From contig JANOQV010000149.1 of the NCBI GenBank assembly GCA_031414955.1, positions 1 through 64,000 of the forward strand: 64,000 nucleotides of DNA, given 5' to 3'. The position numbers were made by a program, and so were the translations under genes. The notes under the pieces were generated by a model. That model was not told the DNA's origin and made no database searches. It saw nothing but the letters and a program-made list of their open reading frames with translations. The stretch comes from Pedosphaera sp. GTDB taxonomy: Bacteria > Verrucomicrobiota > Verrucomicrobiia > Limisphaerales > SIBH01. Below, piece after piece: positions 9,162 to 19,400 of this stretch. How positions within the stretch are numbered: the first letter of the stretch is position 1; each line of letters opens with the position of its first letter.

Positions 9162-9190
9162 ACTTTGCACTACAAAGTGTGAGACCGCAA
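9162..9190 (-). promoter_or_regulatory. Putative promoter with palindromic operator ACTTTG-N5-CAAAGT upstream of ispH
   Basis: Perfect inverted hexamers at 9162..9178; minus strand TTGCGG-N17-CAAAGT, then 6 nt to ATG. Confidence 0.65.
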
Positions 9191-9215
9191 CCCTTCGGAA
9201 CTGTTCAAACAATAT

Positions 9216-9524
9216 TTACTTTTTCCGCGTCTGCGAAACGATGTCTTCCAGGAGGTCCAGGTAGGCGGCGAAGGATTTCCGGCCGGTCGGAGTCAGCGCG
9301 TAGGTGGTCATACCGCGCCCGGCCTCCATGCTCTTTGTGAAGGCGACGTAACCGGACTCGTGAAGCGTGCGCAGGTGGGCCGTCACGTTGCCATCGGTCA
9401 TCTTGAGTGTGTCACGAATTTCCCGGAACGACATTTCGGGCGTGGCCGCGAGCAGCGACATGATGGCGAGCCGCCCCTTCTCGTGGATGACGCGGTCGAG
9501 GTTGAGGAATGGCTCTGGATTCAA
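9216..9524 (-). CDS. Winged-helix transcriptional regulator (ArsR/MarR-like, HTH_34 type)
   Basis: LDRVIHEKGRLAIMSLL, F.E....L.MTDGN...HL..L...GYV, T.Y.LT..GR..F..YL; TTG start overlaps the upstream stop. Confidence 0.88.
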   Translation of the reverse strand: MNPEPFLNLDRVIHEKGRLAIMSLLAATPEMSFREIRDTLKMTDGNVTAHLRTLHESGYVAFTKSMEAGRGMTTYALTPTGRKSFAAYLDLLEDIVSQTRKK

Positions 9525-10141
9525 GCGCGGCGTTTCCGTTCGGTGAAGTAGAGGTAGAGGCCGTGGGCTGTCTGACCAAAACCAAAAATGGAACCCATCG
9601 CCAAGTGGGCGGCCTCGGGAACATCGCCGGGCACGATGGGCGTGGCGAGAAGCAGTCCGCAACCAATCAAAACAAGGATGCGGCCGAACAAGGCCAGGCC
9701 ACGCGAAGTGAAGAACCCAGCGGCATTCAAGGCGCAACCGTAGAGGATCACCCACAGGCTGGCGGCCACCCAGGCGAGCGACTGGAAGACGTGGCTGTAG
9801 GTGATGAGGAAAACGGCCACGGCGAATCCACCGATGAAAGGCGGCGTGAGGGCCTCCGTCACGCGGCGGGTGGGCGGCGACCAGAACTGCTCCTGTTCGC
9901 GCCAAGCCTGGCGACGGACGAGCAGCAGAGTGGTGATAAGCGCGATGACACCAACGGCCATCCAGTAGATGGCGAAGGCGCGATTGCTGCGAACGGCGAC
10001 AAACTGAGGAACGACTGCCGCCGCCAGTCCGAGGAGGCCGGTCCCCAACATGAGCGGGGCCAGGGCACGCCGGTAGAGGGCGGAACGCTCCATGAGGGTG
10101 CGGATGGTCTGAAGGTGTTCAGAGGCCCAGTTGGTTTCCAT
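9521..10141 (-). CDS. Conserved membrane protein, partner of the winged-helix regulator
   Basis: A.EHLQTIRTLMERS N-terminus, about 6 TM segments, W..LYG.AL, FGFG..AHG. Confidence 0.8.
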   Translation of the reverse strand: METNWASEHLQTIRTLMERSALYRRALAPLMLGTGLLGLAAAVVPQFVAVRSNRAFAIYWMAVGVIALITTLLLVRRQAWREQEQFWSPPTRRVTEALTPPFIGGFAVAVFLITYSHVFQSLAWVAASLWVILYGCALNAAGFFTSRGLALFGRILVLIGCGLLLATPIVPGDVPEAAHLAMGSIFGFGQTAHGLYLYFTERKRRA

Positions 10142-10148
10142 GTCGGTT

Positions 10149-10177
10149 ACTTTGCATGGCAGAGCACGGCTGGTCAA
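10149..10177 (-). promoter_or_regulatory. Putative promoter with second operator copy (ACTTTG-N5-CAGAGC)
   Basis: Minus strand TTGACC-N17-CAAAGT, then 7 nt to ATG 10141; same geometry as the ispH site. Confidence 0.65.
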
Positions 10178-10251
10178 GCTCGGCTGAAACACCAAATCAC
10201 AGTTGAGTCCTCGAACGCGCCAGAGAGGCAGCGGGGAGCAAGGTCCTGATC

Positions 10252-10308
10252 TGGAGTGCGGGGACTTGTCACCGCTTTCCCGCGGCAGCGACAAGTCGCC
10301 GCACTCCA
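10252..10308. repeat. REPIN-like inverted pair downstream of recQ
   Basis: tggagtgcggggacttgtcaccgct ... cagcgacaagtcgccgcactcca. Confidence 0.75.
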
Positions 10309-10317
10309 AGCTGGCGG

Positions 10318-12486
10318 TTACGGGCGGCGCTGTTGCACGGCGCGGCAGAGGCGGAGCAACCCCATGTCGTATTTGGCGGCCAGGGCTTCGTGGACGCCGA
10401 CGAGGTTGTTGAAGCCGAACTTGGCGAAGGCGTCGCAGATGGTGCGTTGCTCGGCGGCGGAGAGAATCTGGATCAGTTCCACAGACTCGCCTGCTTCGAC
10501 GGCCGTGGCGAGGTGGCCGTAGATGGTGCTGTGGGCCAGCATTCGCGCGGTGGCGATCTGCTCGGCCGTGCGGCCGGCGCGGTAGTGTCGGAGCGTTTCG
10601 CGGGCGGTGTCGTTCAGGCGCGATCGACTCGGCGGCGGTGCGGCGCTGAAGGAATCGTCGGCGAAAATCTGCTTTGGGTGGGCCTGCACATAAGCGGCGA
10701 TCTCGGTCAGGAAGATTTCCCCGAACTCCTCGAGCTTGCGCTGGCCCACGCCGCTGATGCGCGCAAACTCGGCGTTGTTGGACGGATAGAACCGAGCCAT
10801 CTGCCGCAGCGCCACATCGGAGAAAATGATGTAGGACGGCACGGCGCGTTCGTCGGCCAGTTGCTTGCGCACGGCGCGCAGTTGCTCGAAGAGCGCCTCG
10901 TCGCAGGCGATTTCGCCAACGGCGTGGGCCTGCTTCTCCGGCACCTTCATCGGCTTGGTGAGTTGGACAAGCTTGCGCTGCGTGAGCACGGCGCGGCCTT
11001 CGGGCGTGAGTTCGAGCACGCTGAACTTCTGCGCGTCCTGCTTCACGAAGCCGAGGCGGATCAACTCGCGGCCAATCGCGCTCCACTCCGAGCGGCCCAG
11101 ATCCTTGCCGATGCCGTAAGTCGAGAGCTGCTGGTGGTTCCACTTGCGGACCTTCTCCGTGTCCGCGCCGGTGAGTACTTCGACGACATGGTTCAAGCCC
11201 ACCCCAAAACTGCCGCGCTCGCGAATGCGGTAGATGCAGGAGAGAAACTTCTGCGCGTGCAAGGTGCCGTCGTAGGTCTCGCGCGGCGAAAGGCAGTTGT
11301 CACAGCCGCCACAGTTGTCGCCGGGAAATTCTTCGCTGAAGTAATCGAGCAGCGAGGCCCGGCGGCACGAGGCGCTCTCGGCGTAATGGACCATCTGCTG
11401 AAGTTGCGCCCGCGCGACGGTCTTCTCCGGCTCAGGCTTCTCGTCAATGAACCCCTGCTGCTTGACCACATCGCCGGCGCTGAAAAGCAGCAGGCATTCG
11501 CTGGGCAAACCGTCGCGGCCCGCGCGGCCCGTCTCCTGGTAGTAGCCCTCGACGTTCTTGGGCAAATCGTAGTGGATGACGAAGCGGACGTTCGGCTTGT
11601 TGATGCCCATGCCGAAGGCAATCGTCGCGCAGATGACGCGCACCTCGTCGCGGAGGAACATCTCCTGATTCCTGGAACGATCCTTGGGGTCCAGGCCGGC
11701 GTGGTACGGCGCGGCCTTGATGCCGTCCTCGTTCAAGTTCGACGCCACGCTCTCCGCGCTCTTGCGGCTCTGGCAATAGACGATGCCGCTTTCGCGCGGG
11801 CGCTTGCGGATGAACTCCAGCGTCTGCTCATACGGCCCCGACTTGGGGATGACGCGGTAGGTGAGGTTCGGTCGGTTGAAGCTCGCCACGTAGCAGCCCG
11901 GTTCGTGGAGCTTGAGATGCTTGATGATGTCCGCGCGCACCCGATCCGTGGCGGTGGCGGTGAGCGCCATGAACGGGACGTTGGGACACAAATCACGGAG
12001 CTGCGCGAGTTGCCGATACTCCGGGCGAAAGTCGTGGCCCCATTCGCTGATGCAATGCGCCTCGTCCACCGCGATGAGCGCGACGTTCCAGCGCTGCAAA
12101 TCGGAGAGAAACCCGGAGAGCATCAACCGCTCGGGCGCGACATAGAGCATCCGATATTCGCCGTTGTGCAAGCCGCGCAACCGCGCGCGTCCCTCGCCGG
12201 CTTCCAGCGAGGAATTCAGAAACGTCGCCGCCACGCCGCTGGCGCGCATCGAGTCCACCTGATCCTTCATCAGTGCAATCAACGGCGACACGACCACGGT
12301 GAGACCGGGCCGCACCAGCGCGGGCAGTTGAAAACACAGCGATTTGCCGCCGCCCGTGGGGAGAAGCGCAAAGGTGTCCTTGTTCGCCAGCGAGTCGCGG
12401 ATGATGTCCTCCTGCAATGGACGGAAGGAATCAAAGCCGAAGGTTTGCTTCAGCGTGGCGAGCAGATTGGGCGCGGCAGTCGGCAC
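10318..12486 (-). CDS. recQ: ATP-dependent DNA helicase RecQ
   Basis: PTGGGKSLCFQLP, DEAHCISEWGHDFRP, TATA, QETGRAGRDG; Zn-binding, RQC and HRDC regions. Confidence 0.97.
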   Translation of the reverse strand: MPTAAPNLLATLKQTFGFDSFRPLQEDIIRDSLANKDTFALLPTGGGKSLCFQLPALVRPGLTVVVSPLIALMKDQVDSMRASGVAATFLNSSLEAGEGRARLRGLHNGEYRMLYVAPERLMLSGFLSDLQRWNVALIAVDEAHCISEWGHDFRPEYRQLAQLRDLCPNVPFMALTATATDRVRADIIKHLKLHEPGCYVASFNRPNLTYRVIPKSGPYEQTLEFIRKRPRESGIVYCQSRKSAESVASNLNEDGIKAAPYHAGLDPKDRSRNQEMFLRDEVRVICATIAFGMGINKPNVRFVIHYDLPKNVEGYYQETGRAGRDGLPSECLLLFSAGDVVKQQGFIDEKPEPEKTVARAQLQQMVHYAESASCRRASLLDYFSEEFPGDNCGGCDNCLSPRETYDGTLHAQKFLSCIYRIRERGSFGVGLNHVVEVLTGADTEKVRKWNHQQLSTYGIGKDLGRSEWSAIGRELIRLGFVKQDAQKFSVLELTPEGRAVLTQRKLVQLTKPMKVPEKQAHAVGEIACDEALFEQLRAVRKQLADERAVPSYIIFSDVALRQMARFYPSNNAEFARISGVGQRKLEEFGEIFLTEIAAYVQAHPKQIFADDSFSAAPPPSRSRLNDTARETLRHYRAGRTAEQIATARMLAHSTIYGHLATAVEAGESVELIQILSAAEQRTICDAFAKFGFNNLVGVHEALAAKYDMGLLRLCRAVQQRRP

Positions 12487-12679
12487 GCGGACTGTTTAGC
12501 CGAAGGGGCGGGGATGATTCAACGCCGGTTTGCCGGATGAGGCAGGAGTGCCCTCTGCTTGACGCTCTGGCGGGTGACTGCAAGGTTCTCGCCCGGTCGA
12601 AAAGGCAAAGGACATTTTTTCACAGATCGCACACTCTCCCGCGGCACAGGCTCTCCTGAAACGCGCGGAGGCGGGCGGC

Positions 12680-15600
12680 GTGTTGCCCTTCGACACCGTC
12701 CACCCGGCGGCCCATCCGTTTCTGGCCGCCTTGCTGCACCGGCTGCTTCCGGGGCGCACCATCGTCGCGGTCACGGCGGGAGTGAAAGCGCAGGAGAGTT
12801 TTCATCAAGACCTCACGACGTGGGTGCGGGCGCTCTCCACAGTCCAAGGTCCAAGGTCCAAGGTCGCCGAGACTTCCGGCCCTCAACCCTCAACTCTCAA
12901 CCCGCAACCCTTGTTCTTCCCCGCCTGGGACATTCTCCCGCACGAGTCAAAACTGCCGCATGTGGACGTGATCAGCGAGCGGTTGGAAACATTGGTGGCA
13001 CTGGCGGGCCAGACCCAGATTGGAACGGCGGCAGCCTTGCCTCAGTCCCGGCCTACTTCTCATCTGGTGGTCGCCAACGTCGTCGCGCTGATGCAGCGCA
13101 CGTTTCCGCCTGGGGCCATCGCCCAGCGCACGCGCCGCCTTCGGCCGGGCCAGACGATCAACCCGCTCGATCTCGTCGAATGGCTGGAGGCCGAGGGCTA
13201 CGAGCCGGAGGCGCAGGTCAACAGCAAAGGCGAGATCGCGTTGCGCGGCGGCATTCTCGACATTTTTCCGCCCACCAGTCTTTGGCCGCTGCGGGTCGAG
13301 TTCTTCGGCGACGAGATTGAATCCATCCGGGAGTTTGATCCTTCGACGCAGCTCTCCAAGGAACCGGTCGAGTGGGCCACCCTCGCGCCGGCGGGTGAAT
13401 TGGGCATTCTCAAACGGATGCTGGCCGAGGAGGCCAAAGACCAAAGTCCAAAACTTAAGGGCAGCCCACTAGCCACGCTGTTCGACTATTTGCCGGGAGA
13501 ATCGCTCGTGGTGGTGTGTGATCCCGAGGCGGTCGAACAAGCCGCGACGGCGTACGCGGTGCAAGTTCCGACGGGTGATGCTTTCTTCGTGTCGTGGGCG
13601 CAACTGAGGTCGGAACTCGAAACGCGCCGCGTCCCGACCATTGAACTCAGCGAGTGCGCCGCAGGCCTGGAGACCAGCCATCGGCATCCGGTTTTCCACC
13701 CGCCGAGCGACCGGAAAGAAGCCGAGTTCCAGTCCGAGGCGGAAAAAGGGGAAGCCTATAAAATCAGCCCGGAGCAAGCGGGCGCCACGTTTCAGGGGCT
13801 GGAATCATTTCGTCCCGTCACCGAGCGCGCCGTGGACATCCTGATCGCGGAGGCGCAACGGCGCGAGTTCTTCGCCCAGTTGCATCGCTGGCTGCGGCAA
13901 GGCCGCGCGGTGCATGTCTTCTGCAACACCGAAGGCGAGCGGCAGCGGTTCGAGGAGATTTGGGAAGAGTTGGGGCTGGGTTCTGGCGTCTCAGGTCTGG
14001 GGGCGGCAAGAGTTCCCCCCAGACCCAAGACCCCAGATGCCAAACCCCAAACCCACCTCGGCACTCTCGCCCGAGGCTTCATCTACGAAGCAGCGCAACT
14101 CGTCGTCGTCACCGACGCGGAAATCTTCGGCCGCTATAAGGTGCCCCGTCCGCGCCGGCTCAAGTCGCCGCACGCCGCCACCTCGCGCTCGGCGCTGGAC
14201 ATAGATTTCACCGAGTTCGAGGAAGGCGACTACGTGGTCCATGTGCAGCACGGCATCGGGAGATTTCTCGGGCTGCAAATCTTCGAGCCGGGCGCGGGCC
14301 GCAAGCCGACCGAGAAGGCGCGGCGCCGCACGGGCCAGGAATGCCTCGCCATCGAATACGCCTCCGGCGACCCCGCGCAACCGGCCCCGAAACTCTACGT
14401 GCCCGTGAGCGAGGCGCATCTGGTCAGCAAATACATCGGTACCGGCAAGGGGCGTCCGCAATTGCACACGCTCGGCGGGGCGCGCTGGGCCAAGGCCAAG
14501 ACCCAAGCCGAGCACGCGGTGCGCGACCTCGCGGCGGAGTTGTTACAAATCCAGGCCGCGCGCGAATCGCAGCCCGGCCATGCCTGCCCGGCGGATAACG
14601 CCTGGCAGCGCGAGTTCGAGGGCGCGTTCGTCTATGAGGAAACTCCAGACCAGATGCGGGCCATCGTCGAAGCCAAGCGCGACATGGAAATGCCCAAGCC
14701 GATGGACCGGCTGATCTGCGGGGACGTGGGCTATGGCAAGACCGAGGTGGCGATTCGCGCCGCGTTCAAGGCCGTGATGGGCGGCAAGCAGGTCGCCGTG
14801 CTCGTGCCCACGACGGTGCTCGCGCAACAGCACTTCAACACCTTCCGCGAGCGCATGGCCGATTACCCGGTGCGGGTGGAACTGCTCTCACGCTTCCGCA
14901 CCGCGCGCGAGCAGCGCCGCGTCATCGACCAACTGGGGCAAGGCGGCGTGGACATTGTCATCGGCACGCACCGGCTTGTGCAGAGCGACATCACCTTCAA
15001 GGATCTCGGTTTGGTGGTCATCGATGAGGAGCAACGCTTCGGCGTCATGCACAAGGAAAAGTTCAAGATGCTCCGCCTGCTGGTGGACGTGCTGACCCTC
15101 AGCGCCACCCCCATTCCGCGCACCTTGCACCTCGCGCTGACCGGCGCGCGCGACATGAGCACCATCGAAACGCCGCCCCAGGACCGCCTGCCGGTCGAAA
15201 CCATCGTGGCCCAATACGACGAGCGCACCATTCGCGACGCCATCCAGCGCGAGTTGAACCGGCAGGGCCAGGTCTTCTTCCTGCACAATCGCGTTCACGA
15301 CATCGAGGAGGTGGCGCTCAAGATCAAGACTCTCGTGCCCGGGGTCCGCCTCGTCATCGGCCACGGCCAGATGCACGCGGACGCCTTGGAGAAAGTAATG
15401 ACCCAGTTCGTCAACGGCGAGGCCGACGTGCTGCTCGCCACGACCATCATCGAGAGTGGCATCGACATCCCGAACGCCAACACCATCATCATCGACCGCG
15501 CGGACCGCTTCGGCCTCAGCGACCTGTATCAACTGCGCGGGCGCGTCGGGCGCTACAAACATCAGGCCTACGCCTATCTCCTGCTCGCGCGCCACGCCGG

Positions 15601-16357
15601 ACTGCTGACCGACGCGCGCAAACGCATCAGCGCCATCAAGCAATATTCGTCGCTGGGCAGCGGCTTCAAAATTGCCATGCGCGATCTGGAATTGCGCGGA
15701 GCCGGCAGCATGCTCGGGGCCCAACAGAGCGGGCACATCACCGCCGTGGGCTTCGACCTCTACTGCCAGTTGCTCAAGCAAAGCGTCAGCGCGCTCAAGG
15801 GTCACAAGGTCAAACCACGGGTCGAAGTGCAGACACGCCTTGATTTCATCGCCAGCGATCCGGCGGAAGTGGTCGAGGACGCTGTTGGTTCAACGTCCGA
15901 AGTCCAAGGGCCAGGGCCGGAACCGCTGGTCGTGAACGTGCCGCGCGAAACCGCCACTTACTCCGAGGTTGAATCATCATCCCCGCCGGAGGCGCGGCCG
16001 GTCCCGCGCGCCGCCGCTTATTTGCCGCTGGATTACATCACGGATTCACGCCAGCGCATTGAGGTCTATCGCAAGCTGGCGCAGATCGTGGACCAGAGTT
16101 CGCTGGAGAAACTGGCCCGGGAAGTGCGCGACCGTTTCGGCCCCCTGCCCCGCGCCGTCGAAGTGCTGCTGCAAGTGGCCGGGCTGAAGGTGTTGGCCAG
16201 TACGAAGGATGTGACCGTGATCGAGACCAAGCAGGACAAGCTGATGCTCACCCATCGGGGCGACTTGCTGACCCTGGGCGGACGACTGCCGCGCCTCTCC
16301 AAGCCGGAAGCGATGGCGCGGCTCAAGGAGATCAAGAAAGTGTTGCTGGCGTTGTGA
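12680..16357 (+). CDS. mfd: Transcription-repair coupling factor
   Basis: GDYVVHVQHGIG, DRLICGDVGYGKTEVA, DEEQRFG, LSATPIPRT, QLRGRVGR, DLELRGAG, C-terminal TRCF domain; true start may lie upstream (frame open from 12578). Confidence 0.96.
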   Translation: MLPFDTVHPAAHPFLAALLHRLLPGRTIVAVTAGVKAQESFHQDLTTWVRALSTVQGPRSKVAETSGPQPSTLNPQPLFFPAWDILPHESKLPHVDVISERLETLVALAGQTQIGTAAALPQSRPTSHLVVANVVALMQRTFPPGAIAQRTRRLRPGQTINPLDLVEWLEAEGYEPEAQVNSKGEIALRGGILDIFPPTSLWPLRVEFFGDEIESIREFDPSTQLSKEPVEWATLAPAGELGILKRMLAEEAKDQSPKLKGSPLATLFDYLPGESLVVVCDPEAVEQAATAYAVQVPTGDAFFVSWAQLRSELETRRVPTIELSECAAGLETSHRHPVFHPPSDRKEAEFQSEAEKGEAYKISPEQAGATFQGLESFRPVTERAVDILIAEAQRREFFAQLHRWLRQGRAVHVFCNTEGERQRFEEIWEELGLGSGVSGLGAARVPPRPKTPDAKPQTHLGTLARGFIYEAAQLVVVTDAEIFGRYKVPRPRRLKSPHAATSRSALDIDFTEFEEGDYVVHVQHGIGRFLGLQIFEPGAGRKPTEKARRRTGQECLAIEYASGDPAQPAPKLYVPVSEAHLVSKYIGTGKGRPQLHTLGGARWAKAKTQAEHAVRDLAAELLQIQAARESQPGHACPADNAWQREFEGAFVYEETPDQMRAIVEAKRDMEMPKPMDRLICGDVGYGKTEVAIRAAFKAVMGGKQVAVLVPTTVLAQQHFNTFRERMADYPVRVELLSRFRTAREQRRVIDQLGQGGVDIVIGTHRLVQSDITFKDLGLVVIDEEQRFGVMHKEKFKMLRLLVDVLTLSATPIPRTLHLALTGARDMSTIETPPQDRLPVETIVAQYDERTIRDAIQRELNRQGQVFFLHNRVHDIEEVALKIKTLVPGVRLVIGHGQMHADALEKVMTQFVNGEADVLLATTIIESGIDIPNANTIIIDRADRFGLSDLYQLRGRVGRYKHQAYAYLLLARHAGLLTDARKRISAIKQYSSLGSGFKIAMRDLELRGAGSMLGAQQSGHITAVGFDLYCQLLKQSVSALKGHKVKPRVEVQTRLDFIASDPAEVVEDAVGSTSEVQGPGPEPLVVNVPRETATYSEVESSSPPEARPVPRAAAYLPLDYITDSRQRIEVYRKLAQIVDQSSLEKLAREVRDRFGPLPRAVEVLLQVAGLKVLASTKDVTVIETKQDKLMLTHRGDLLTLGGRLPRLSKPEAMARLKEIKKVLLAL

Positions 16358-16427
16358 CTCGACGCTTGAGCAGCGCGGACCCAGCCCAGGGCACGGCTTC
16401 GTCAAGTCAGCCTGTTTCCACCAAGCC

Positions 16428-19400
16428 TCACGGCGACAGCACGCGGTAGAAGCGGATCGGAAAGTTTGTCGAGACGAGGTCAATGAACTGATACACGCCG
16501 TTCGCATCCGAGTTATTCGTGGCGATGGGCAGCCACGGGATCGGTGGGTTCAAAGTTGCCGTCGCTTCGAGGACGTAGGGCGCATTCGAGATGCCCGCGC
16601 CGGTGAGGGTGAAGAGGCCGTTGCTGTTCACGCCGGAGAATTGAATCGTCGAGGGCGGCGCGCTGCCGCCGGGCACGGTGAGGGTCACGTCGTTGCCGTC
16701 GCCGCCGAGGTAGCTGATGCGCAGGTCCACGCCGCCGACGTTGGTCACAGCGCCCTCGGCGAGATTGCGGAATGGTTGGATGACGGCGTCAGCGCCGTCG
16801 TTGTCGATGATGGTGAACACAGTCCCCAACGGCGGCGTGAAGCCGAGGCTGATGGCCAGCAGGCCGTTGAGGTTGACGGTACCCTGCACGACGACCTGGT
16901 CGTAGTCCACGCCCGGCGTCAGGCCGTTCAACTCGACGGCGAGCGTCGGATTGAAGTTGAGGAAGAGATTGCTGGTGGTGAGCAGGCCGGGACTGGCGCC
17001 GGGCGCGAGCGTGCCAAAGTGGAGCAGGACGGTGCTGACGACTCCGGTGCCGCCGAAGTTGCCGCCGAGGCTGACGACGGCCATGGCGGGGCTGGGGCCG
17101 TGAACCAGCGTGGTCCCTTCATTGAGTTGCAACGTGCCGCCGTAGCTGCTTGCTCCGGTGAGGATGGTCCGCCCGCCGCCTTGCGCCGTGAGGACGCCGG
17201 TGCCACTGACCGGCCCGGTCAGGCGCAACTCCCGGCCCGAGGTGAGCGAAAGGGCCACGCTGCCCGCCAGGCTGACGGACGCCGGCACGCTGGAGGTGCC
17301 ATTGATTACTCGGAACAGGCTGTTATCCAGAAACGACAGCGCGTTCTCAGCCAGCGTGGGGACAGCGTTCAACAAAAGCTGACCGAGGGCCTGGACGGTG
17401 ACACCTCCGCCCACCGCGCCGAGGCCGAAGCCGTGCTCCACGGAGACTCCGCCAGCGGCGATGGTCAGCGGGCCGGTGAAGCTGTTGCTGGTGGTGAACC
17501 TCACTTCGCCGAAACCATTCTTGGTCACCGGGCCGGAGCCGCGCAGTTCTGAACCGGGGAAGAAGGCGGTCGATGAACCGTTCATAGTGGTGATCTCCAG
17601 CGCGTTTGTGTCCGTGTTCCACACCGACTGGAGAACGAGGAGCGCGCCGTTTTCGTTCCGCAGGGCCAGCGCGGCCCCTTGGGTCACGGGCAGGAAGACG
17701 GTGTGCAAGACATCGCCGGCATGGACGAGGTCGCCGAACAGGCGGAGGCCGTTGCCCAGCAATTCGTAGCCGGTCGTGTTGTCGGTGAAGCGCAGCGAGG
17801 CGAACGCCGTGTCGGGCGCGAGGTCGTTGGTGTTGTTATAGCGCGCGGCCCCGCCGGGGAATATCAGATCGTCCCCGTTGGCGGGCACGACTCCGCCGGC
17901 CCAGTTCGCGCCCTCGCTCCAGAAGCCGCTGGTGCCCGCGCCGCTCCAAAAGCGCGCCACGCCGGTGGGGTTGAAAACCGCGGTCAGGGTCACGTCATTG
18001 CCGTCGCCGCCGAGGTAGCTGATTTGCAGCCACACGTTGCCGCCGCCGTTGATCAACTGGCCCTCGGGCACATTGCTGAAGGGCGCGAGAACGGCGTCGA
18101 TGCCGTCGTTGTCAATGATGGTGAACACGGTGCCCACCGACGGCGCGAAGCCGGCGTTGACGTGGAGCGTGCCGTTGAGGTTGACCGTGCCGCGCACGAC
18201 CACCTGGTCGTAGTCCACGCCGGGAGTCAGGCCGTTCAACTCGATGGAGAGCGACGGACTGACGTTCAGGAAAAGGTTGCTGGTGGTCAGCACGCCGGGG
18301 CTGGCTCCGGGCGCGAACGTGCCGGAGTTGAACTGGACGGTGCTGACGATTCCGGTGCCGCCGAAGTCGCCGGCGAAGCCGAGCACGGCCATCGCGGGGC
18401 TGGGGCCGTGAACGAGTGTGGTGCCGGAATCGAGTCGCAACGTCCCGCTGTAGCTGTTGGCCCCGGTGAGGAGGACGCGCCCTCCGCCTTGCGGCCGGAG
18501 TTCGCCGCTGCCGCCCACGGGGCCGGTCAGTTGTAACTCCCGGCCAGAGCCGACGGAAAGCACCACGCTGCCCGAGAGGGTCACGGACGCCGGCACGCTG
18601 GACGTGCCATTGACCACATGGAACGTGCTGTTATCCAGAAAGGTCAGCGCGCTCTCGGCCAGCGTGGGGATCGTGTTCAACGAGAGACGGCCGCCGGATT
18701 GGACGGTGACGCCGCCACCCGCCGCGCCGAGGCCGAAGCCGTGACTCATGTTCACTTCGCCGAGAGCGATGGTCAGCGGGCCGGTGAAGCTGTTGCTGGT
18801 GGTGAGTTGCAAAATACCTGAGCCGCTCTTGGTCACCGGGCCGGAGCCGCGCAGTTCCGCACCGGCGAAGATGGCGGTCAATGAACTGTTCGGCGTGGCG
18901 ATGTCCAGCCCATGAACGCCCGCCTCCCACACGGACTGGAGAAAGAGGATCGAGCCGTTCTCGTTCCGCAGGGCCAGCGCCGCGCCTTGCGTCACGGGCA
19001 GGAAGAGGGCGTGCGGGACCGTGCCGGCATGGACGAAATCGCCGAACAGGCGGAGGCCATTGCCGTAAAGACTATAGCTGTCCGTGCCAGGCGCGGTGAT
19101 GCGCAACGAGGCGAAGGCCGTGTCCGGCGCGAGGTCGTTGGTGTTGATAAAGCGCGCGGCGACGCCGGGGAATTCCAGCGCGTCCCCGTTGCCGGGCCCG
19201 ATGCCGCCGATCCAGTTCGCGCCCTCGCTCCAGAATGCGCCCGCGCCACCGCCGCTCCAGACGCGGGTGATGCCGGTGGGGAAGAAGGGCACGGTCAGCG
19301 TCACGTCATTGCCGTCGCCGCCCACGTAGCTGAGGCGGTAAATCGTGCCGTTGTTGGTCAACAACGATCCTTCGGGCCGGCCCGAGAAGATGCCGCCCAC

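Noticed and set aside
9521..11143. 540-aa ORF as given in the track
   Set aside because: The 5' part overlaps recQ out of frame and crosses a repeat; the plausible gene starts at ATG 10141
10333..12540. 735-aa plus-strand ORF, and similar long ORFs at 21216..24173, 35499..38117, 43570..45420, 48746..50587 and 52635..54173
   Set aside because: Antisense shadows of well-supported genes, expected in high-GC DNA; no recognisable motifs
16680..19330. Diversity-generating retroelement template/variable repeat pair
   Set aside because: Both copies are in-frame modules of one CDS, differences are not obviously adenine-specific, and no reverse transcriptase is present
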